NCBI GenBank assembly: GCA_031419215.1
Contig: JANOKL010000408.1
Span: 1 to 58,362, forward strand
Reading direction: 5' to 3'
DNA length: 58,362 nt
Origin: Luteolibacter sp.
Lineage (GTDB): Bacteria; Verrucomicrobiota; Verrucomicrobiia; Verrucomicrobiales; Akkermansiaceae
The notes under the pieces are model-generated. The model worked only from the letters and a program-made list of their open reading frames with translations, did not search any database and had not been told where the DNA came from. Shown piece after piece: positions 53,558 through 58,362 of this stretch (positions are counted from its first letter, which is position 1; every line of letters begins with the position of its first letter). The translations under genes were made by a program, and so were the position numbers.

Positions 53558-54220
53558 TTACTTCTTCGGTGCGGACTTTTTCACCCACTCGCCGAATTTC
53601 TCGGGATTGATGCCGGCGCTGTAGCCGCCTTGAGCGAGCTTGGCACCGGTGGCGTCGGTGAGGAAATAGGTGGGAAAGCCTTTAACGCCGTATTCTTTCT
53701 GGAGGGCTTCGTCCTTCTTGCTGCTGGCAGCGCCGCCGGGTCCGAAGTCGAGTTTCAGGAGCACGAGATTCTGATTGGCGAAGGTGTCGAAGGCGGATTC
53801 GGAGAAGACTTCCTTCTCCAGCTTGATGCAATACGGGCACCACTCGGTGCCGGTGAAGAGGACCAGGATCGGCAGGCCGGTTTCCTTGGCCTCGTCCTGC
53901 GCCTTGTCCATTTTCGTCAGCCACTTGGCCTTGCGATTCGCGTCGACGGCTGGCTTGGCTTCAGCGGTCGCAGCCGGGGCCGCAGCCTCCTTCGCCTTCA
54001 ATTCCTTGATCACGGTTTGATCGGCCGCCGAGAGCTTTGATTGGGCAAAGGTCGTCAGCTTGCCGTTGCGGAGGCGGAGGGTGACATTGTCGCTGTCGCT
54101 CTTCACATACTCGGCATCGATGGCGACGCCCTCGGTGTTCGTCCAGGTGCGGGATTCCGCTTGGACGGGAAGAAGCAGGAGGGAGGCGCTGAGGAAGAGG
54201 CAGGAAATCGACGTTTTCAC
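53558..54220 (-). CDS. Exported thioredoxin-family protein with an N-terminal SHD1-like domain
   Basis: RTWTNTEG..IDAEYV..LSAADQ (SHD1-like), FTGTEWCPYC and YGVKGFPT. Start set at GTG 54220 (uncertain). Confidence 0.85.
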   Translation of the reverse strand: MKTSISCLFLSASLLLLPVQAESRTWTNTEGVAIDAEYVKSDSDNVTLRLRNGKLTTFAQSKLSAADQTVIKELKAKEAAAPAATAEAKPAVDANRKAKWLTKMDKAQDEAKETGLPILVLFTGTEWCPYCIKLEKEVFSESAFDTFANQNLVLLKLDFGPGGAASSKKDEALQKEYGVKGFPTYFLTDATGAKLAQGGYSAGINPEKFGEWVKKSAPKK

Positions 54221-54308
54221 GACGCTGAAGATGAACTCTTCCGGAGCGGAGAACAAGGTCTAAGATAAGCGGGATGGAGAAGGTCGCTTGGCGATCCTGC
54301 GGGCGGCT

Positions 54309-55283
54309 TCAAGGCTTCGCCGTCATCAGCGCCTCGATCTGCTTCGTGATCGCGGCGGCGCTTTCGGTAGCTTGGTCGGTAGGCTGGCCGGGCTTGGAGC
54401 CGGGGCCGCCGGGCACGCCGGGGCGCTTGTGGCCGATCTGGCTCATCCAGGCAGCGAAGCGCGTGCCCATGCGTTGGTGGGCCAACTTGCGGATCTCCGG
54501 ACCCTTGTCTGGAAACAAGGCCTCGGCCGAGTTGATGCCATCGAGCTTCGCGCCCAGGAACTGTGTGAGGAGCTCGCGCGCCATGATCCAGTGGCCCCCG
54601 CGGTTCGGGTGCACGCCGTCCGGGGAAAGCAGGAACGCCGGGTCCTTCGCGCGTCCCTCATCGAGCGCCTTGCGCATCGGCCCGTGGAAATCGATCACGT
54701 CCCAGCCCACGGTGCGTTTCGTGAGGAGCCACTCGGTGTAGCGGGTCAAGTTTTCATCGTGGAACTTCAAGGCGGCGTTGCCCTTGTCATCGCGGACCGG
54801 TGGCGTGCAGAGAATGACGCGCGTCACGCCGGACTTGAGAGCGGCATCGCGCAAGTGGGTGATGGCATCGGTGAAGCGCTTCAGTCCCTCGTCATTCGGC
54901 GGCAGGCTGCTGCCATCGTTCATGCCGTAACAAACGACGAGCAGGTCCGGCTTCGTCGCCGTCAGCGCGCGATCCAGGCGCTCGCTGACCATTGGCCGAC
55001 CGAAACGATGCGCCTTGAGATGACCTGCGTTCTCCTGCTCTGTTAGATCGGAAGCCGTCTCACTTCCCAGACCCAGATTGATCACCTCGGTCTTGATCCC
55101 ATTCGCCAACAGCCAGCATTCGAAGTCAGTCACATATTCCCCGCCCTGAGTGATGCTGTCGCCGAGAAACACGATGCGTTTCACGCCTTGCAGTTTCGCG
55201 GAGACAGCGGAATCCGCAGCCCTGGCAGGAACAGCCAACAGGAAAACGGCGAGGAGGCAGCGAAGGAGAAGGGTGGAGTTCAT
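54309..55283 (-). CDS. SGNH/GDSL hydrolase
   Basis: FLGDSIT, YGMND and DGVHPN..GH. Start trimmed to ATG 55283. Confidence 0.92.
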   Translation of the reverse strand: MNSTLLLRCLLAVFLLAVPARAADSAVSAKLQGVKRIVFLGDSITQGGEYVTDFECWLLANGIKTEVINLGLGSETASDLTEQENAGHLKAHRFGRPMVSERLDRALTATKPDLLVVCYGMNDGSSLPPNDEGLKRFTDAITHLRDAALKSGVTRVILCTPPVRDDKGNAALKFHDENLTRYTEWLLTKRTVGWDVIDFHGPMRKALDEGRAKDPAFLLSPDGVHPNRGGHWIMARELLTQFLGAKLDGINSAEALFPDKGPEIRKLAHQRMGTRFAAWMSQIGHKRPGVPGGPGSKPGQPTDQATESAAAITKQIEALMTAKP

Positions 55284-55337
55284 GGGTTTACTAAAGTCAG
55301 ACAGCGTAACGGGTCGCACGCGATGGTTCTTCCAATC

Positions 55338-56294
55338 TCAAGCCGAAAGAAACTCCACCGCCCGCCTTTCCATCCAGCCGTCGCTGCCACCCGGAAAGCC
55401 TACGTGACCGCCGGTTGCAGGGATTTCGAGGTGGAAGTGGTCGCTGGCCTCCGCTTCCTCGCGAGGATAGCAGCCGGGGCCAAGGAAGGGATCATTGGCG
55501 GCGTTGATGAGGAGGGCCGGGATGCGGATGCGGGAGAGAAACTGCCTCGAACTACTGCGTGCCCAGTAGTCTTCGGCATCGCGGAAGCCATGCAGCGGTG
55601 CGGTGTAGCGATCATCGAACTGCCTGAAGGTGCGCACACCTTTCAGTCCGGCGGGATCGAGCAGGTCGGGAAACATCGGCTGCTTGGCGCGGATTTTCCC
55701 GGCGAGGGAGTCGATGAAGCGCTTCATGTAAACCGAGCGGTTGAACGGTGTTCCGAGCGTTTTCGAGGAGCACGCGAGATCACAAGGCACGGAAAAGGTG
55801 ACCGCGCGGTGCAGTCGCGGAGAACGCTCGTCAGCCTGTTCGCCGAGGAACTTGAGCGTCATGTTTCCTCCCAGGCTGTAGCCGATGAGATCCACTTGCG
55901 CGGCAGGATGGGTGCCGAGGGCGTGCTCGACCACCGCGTGCAGATCCTCACTGGCCCCGCTGTGGTAAAAGCGCGGCAGGCGGTTCATTTCCCCGCTGCA
56001 TCCACGGTAGTTCCATGCGAGAACGTCCCATCCCCGCCGGACCAGCGCGGAGGCCATCGCCTGAATGTAGGCGGCCCCAGCGCTGGCTTCGAGCCCGTGG
56101 GAGAGGATGGCGAGGCGGGAGCGGCCTTCATTGACCCACTCCAAATCGAGGAAATCCCCGTCGGCCAGTTCGAGCCGCTCCGCCAGATGAGTCACCCGCG
56201 CAGCCTTCCTGAACAATGCGGGCACGATCGTCTGCAAGTGCCCGCCCGGCAGCCAGAAGGGAGCCCGATAGGTGGAGTGCGGAACAAGCGGCAT
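55338..56294 (-). CDS. YheT-family alpha/beta hydrolase
   Basis: GGHLQTI, HGLE, GYSLGGN, NAANDPF and GGHVGF. Confidence 0.92.
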   Translation of the reverse strand: MPLVPHSTYRAPFWLPGGHLQTIVPALFRKAARVTHLAERLELADGDFLDLEWVNEGRSRLAILSHGLEASAGAAYIQAMASALVRRGWDVLAWNYRGCSGEMNRLPRFYHSGASEDLHAVVEHALGTHPAAQVDLIGYSLGGNMTLKFLGEQADERSPRLHRAVTFSVPCDLACSSKTLGTPFNRSVYMKRFIDSLAGKIRAKQPMFPDLLDPAGLKGVRTFRQFDDRYTAPLHGFRDAEDYWARSSSRQFLSRIRIPALLINAANDPFLGPGCYPREEAEASDHFHLEIPATGGHVGFPGGSDGWMERRAVEFLSA

Positions 56295-56404
56295 CGAAAG
56301 GAGAGTGGCTGCTGCGAAGTTGAACTTGATCCGCGCTTAGCAGTAGCCGAGCGACTCTTGAAATTGCAGACAACCGGTGCGATGCTGGCGACCTCAATCC
56401 CAAC

Positions 56405-56794
56405 TCACTTCTTCTGCGCTCCTTCCAGCTTCTTCAGTTGTTCGGTGAGATAGGGGCCGCAGTTGGTTTCCTTGCCGTCCTTGGAACGGATCACGTAAGG
56501 CTTGCCGGTGGTGGAGGATTTCGTCGCCACCTGCTCGATGAACTCGGCTGGTGTATGGATGTCCTTTTCATGCGCCTGCCATTTCTTCGCCAGGAACTCG
56601 GCGGCATTCGCGGCGCTGTATTCGCTGCCGTTGCGGACGAACTTCGCCCCCTCCAACCCGCGGACGTGCGCGATCAGGGCCTCGATCCGGGTCTTCGCGG
56701 TTCCAGCCGCATCCTCGGCACGGAGACTGGGAGCGGCGGTGATGCTTGCGATGACTCCGATCAAGAGCGCGAGAAACAGGCGTCGGGGGTTCAT
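56405..56794 (-). CDS. DUF5329 (YfeK-like) exported protein
   Basis: FVRNGSEY..AAEFL..K, FIEQVATKSSTTGKPY; signal peptide. Start uncertain (56794-56818). Confidence 0.8.
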   Translation of the reverse strand: MNPRRLFLALLIGVIASITAAPSLRAEDAAGTAKTRIEALIAHVRGLEGAKFVRNGSEYSAANAAEFLAKKWQAHEKDIHTPAEFIEQVATKSSTTGKPYVIRSKDGKETNCGPYLTEQLKKLEGAQKK

Positions 56795-57067
56795 GGTGAG
56801 TTCCATCATTTCTCCCATCTGAGGATATTTCCATTCGATTCTGAAAATCTACGCCGGTCTGGTGGATCGCCTCGGGCACCCATGTGCAATTTGCTGCCGT
56901 CGCCTCCATTCTGCACGCTTTGCGCGCCCGGCATTTCGCATGCATCAAGACACCAGAAGGCTTCTGCGGATCGATGCCGGCTGGCACGGCGCTTGCGAAA
57001 GGAGTCTACCGCCTCTCACCTTTCGCTGTGATCGGACTTGAGGCACCAACCACAACAACCAAAAAAA

Positions 57068-57544
57068 ATGAAAACCCTGATGACCGCAGTGAGCGTGTTC
57101 GCCCTTGGCAGTGTCCTGCACGTGGCAGCACAAGCCGAGAAGGTGGAGAAGAAAACCGACGTCACCGAGAATTCCGATGGCAGCGTGACTAAGACGGAAA
57201 CGAAAACCACCACTACCTTCAATCCTGAGGCGAGGACAAAGGTCGTGCAGTATTTCGATACCTACAAAACCGATCCCTATGGCCTTCCACCCGCCTGGGT
57301 CACCCGGATGAAGATGAAGGAAATCCCCACCACCTGGCGCACCACCATCGCGCCCGGAGTCGTCCTGGCCGAGAAGGAGCGCTCGTATCTCGTCGATGCG
57401 CCTCCGGAACTGGTCAAGGTCCTGCCTGCCCCCGGCACCGGCGTCCGCTACTACGTCGCTGGTAGCAACGTCGTGGCAATCGATCCGAGCTTCCGGATCG
57501 TCGATTCGATCGCGATCCCTTCGATCAAGATCATTTCCGAATAA
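57068..57544 (+). CDS. Exported hypothetical protein (DUF1236/RcnB-like C-terminus)
   Basis: Signal peptide, LPPAW and PPELVKVLPAP..GVRYYVAG..VVAIDP. Confidence 0.6.
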   Translation: MKTLMTAVSVFALGSVLHVAAQAEKVEKKTDVTENSDGSVTKTETKTTTTFNPEARTKVVQYFDTYKTDPYGLPPAWVTRMKMKEIPTTWRTTIAPGVVLAEKERSYLVDAPPELVKVLPAPGTGVRYYVAGSNVVAIDPSFRIVDSIAIPSIKIISE

Positions 57545-57876
57545 CTGCCCCCAACCTGGAGACGTGTTCGCTGTTTGAGCAAACTTCGCGTGTTGTTCGG
57601 TGCGGCGAACACGTTTCCACCTCCCTGCTGTCTCCCCCAGCGGGTGTTGTTCCGCCATTCTCAGAGCCCCTTCATTCCCACGATGTCGCGGCGCTCCTTC
57701 AAACTTCTGCTTCCGGGAGTTCCCGCCTGCCTCGTCCCATGCTGCCGTCAGCAGATGGGCGCGTCCCAAACCCTTTAAAAGCAGGGTTTTCATCGATTTG
57801 GAAATTTTGCGGAATTCTGTAAATTCTGTTAGAAAATGCCCGAGCGTTTCATTCGGCTGGATTTTCAGACAGGCTC

Positions 57877-58362
57877 TTAGAGCTGCGAGCGGAAGATCGC
57901 GCCGGTGGCATCGCCGACTTTTTCCAACAGTGGGCGGTGTTTCCAGTCCTCATAAGTGATTTCCCGGGCAAGGGTCTTGTCACGCTCGAACATCTCAATC
58001 TCAGCCGCGGCGAATTCATGGCCGATGACGTTGAGATTCGCCTCGTCGTTGAGCCGGAAGGAACGGTTGTCGAAGTTCGCCGAGCCGACGGAAGTCCAGG
58101 TGTCGTCGATGATCATCGTTTTGCAGTGATACATCGTCGGTTGATACTCGAAGATGCGCACGCCCGCCTTGAGCAAACGGCCCCAGCGGTGGCGTGACGC
58201 GACGCGCACGAGCGAGGAATCGAGGTGTTCGCCGGGCAGCAGGACCTCCACCTTCACGCCGCGTGCGACCGCAGCCATGAGGGTCTCGGTGGTGAGGTCA
58301 TCGGGGACGAAGTAGGCGTTGCCGATGCGGATGTTCCGCTCGGCGGCGGTGATAGAGAGCAT
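57877..58362 (-). CDS. cls: Cardiolipin synthase/phospholipase D family, C-terminal part (partial)
   Basis: NAYFVPD, HCKTMIID (HKD motif) and VGSANFDNRS; the 5' part lies outside the window. Confidence 0.88.
   Translation of the reverse strand: MLSITAAERNIRIGNAYFVPDDLTTETLMAAVARGVKVEVLLPGEHLDSSLVRVASRHRWGRLLKAGVRIFEYQPTMYHCKTMIIDDTWTSVGSANFDNRSFRLNDEANLNVIGHEFAAAEIEMFERDKTLAREITYEDWKHRPLLEKVGDATGAIFRSQL

Noticed and set aside
57545-57876. ORFs or ncRNA in the spacer before cls, including the AATTCTGT duplication near 57813-57829
   Set aside because: No convincing coding signal or stable structure, and the repeat has only two copies.

Overview
GC-rich bacterial chromosome segment, most likely Verrucomicrobiota (Luteolibacter/Haloferula-like), inferred from the double-length UvrA, the short ATP synthase delta and c subunits and the gene content. 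The left end holds a defence island on the minus strand: DUF3892, a half-size HsdS, hsdM, rhuM, hsdS, higB and an extended higA that runs out of the window; hsdR is not in the window. Next come tandem-fused uvrA, a Ser/Thr kinase, a truncated globin, two CPBP proteases, thiL, LysR with the dabBA/mpsAB-type inorganic carbon transporter, katG, pfkA and tRNA-Cys with an adjacent Fic gene. The right half holds an RND efflux system, the F1Fo ATP synthase operon, HU, a solitary AT-rich HEPN-like gene, a sugar ABC transporter, several hydrolases and a partial cls. The most striking unexplained structure is a set of 7-nt-period repeats and REP-like palindromes. They form inverted arrays between atp genes and also occur as in-frame peptide inserts at several sites in uvrA, including near-identical inserts at equivalent positions of its two halves. 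Other leads are a twin 36-bp operator-like repeat before the Fic gene, a structured leader before the RM island, the HEPN-like gene with its hairpin-rich tail, and two small pseudogene remnants. All family assignments come from motif recognition only; no searches were run.
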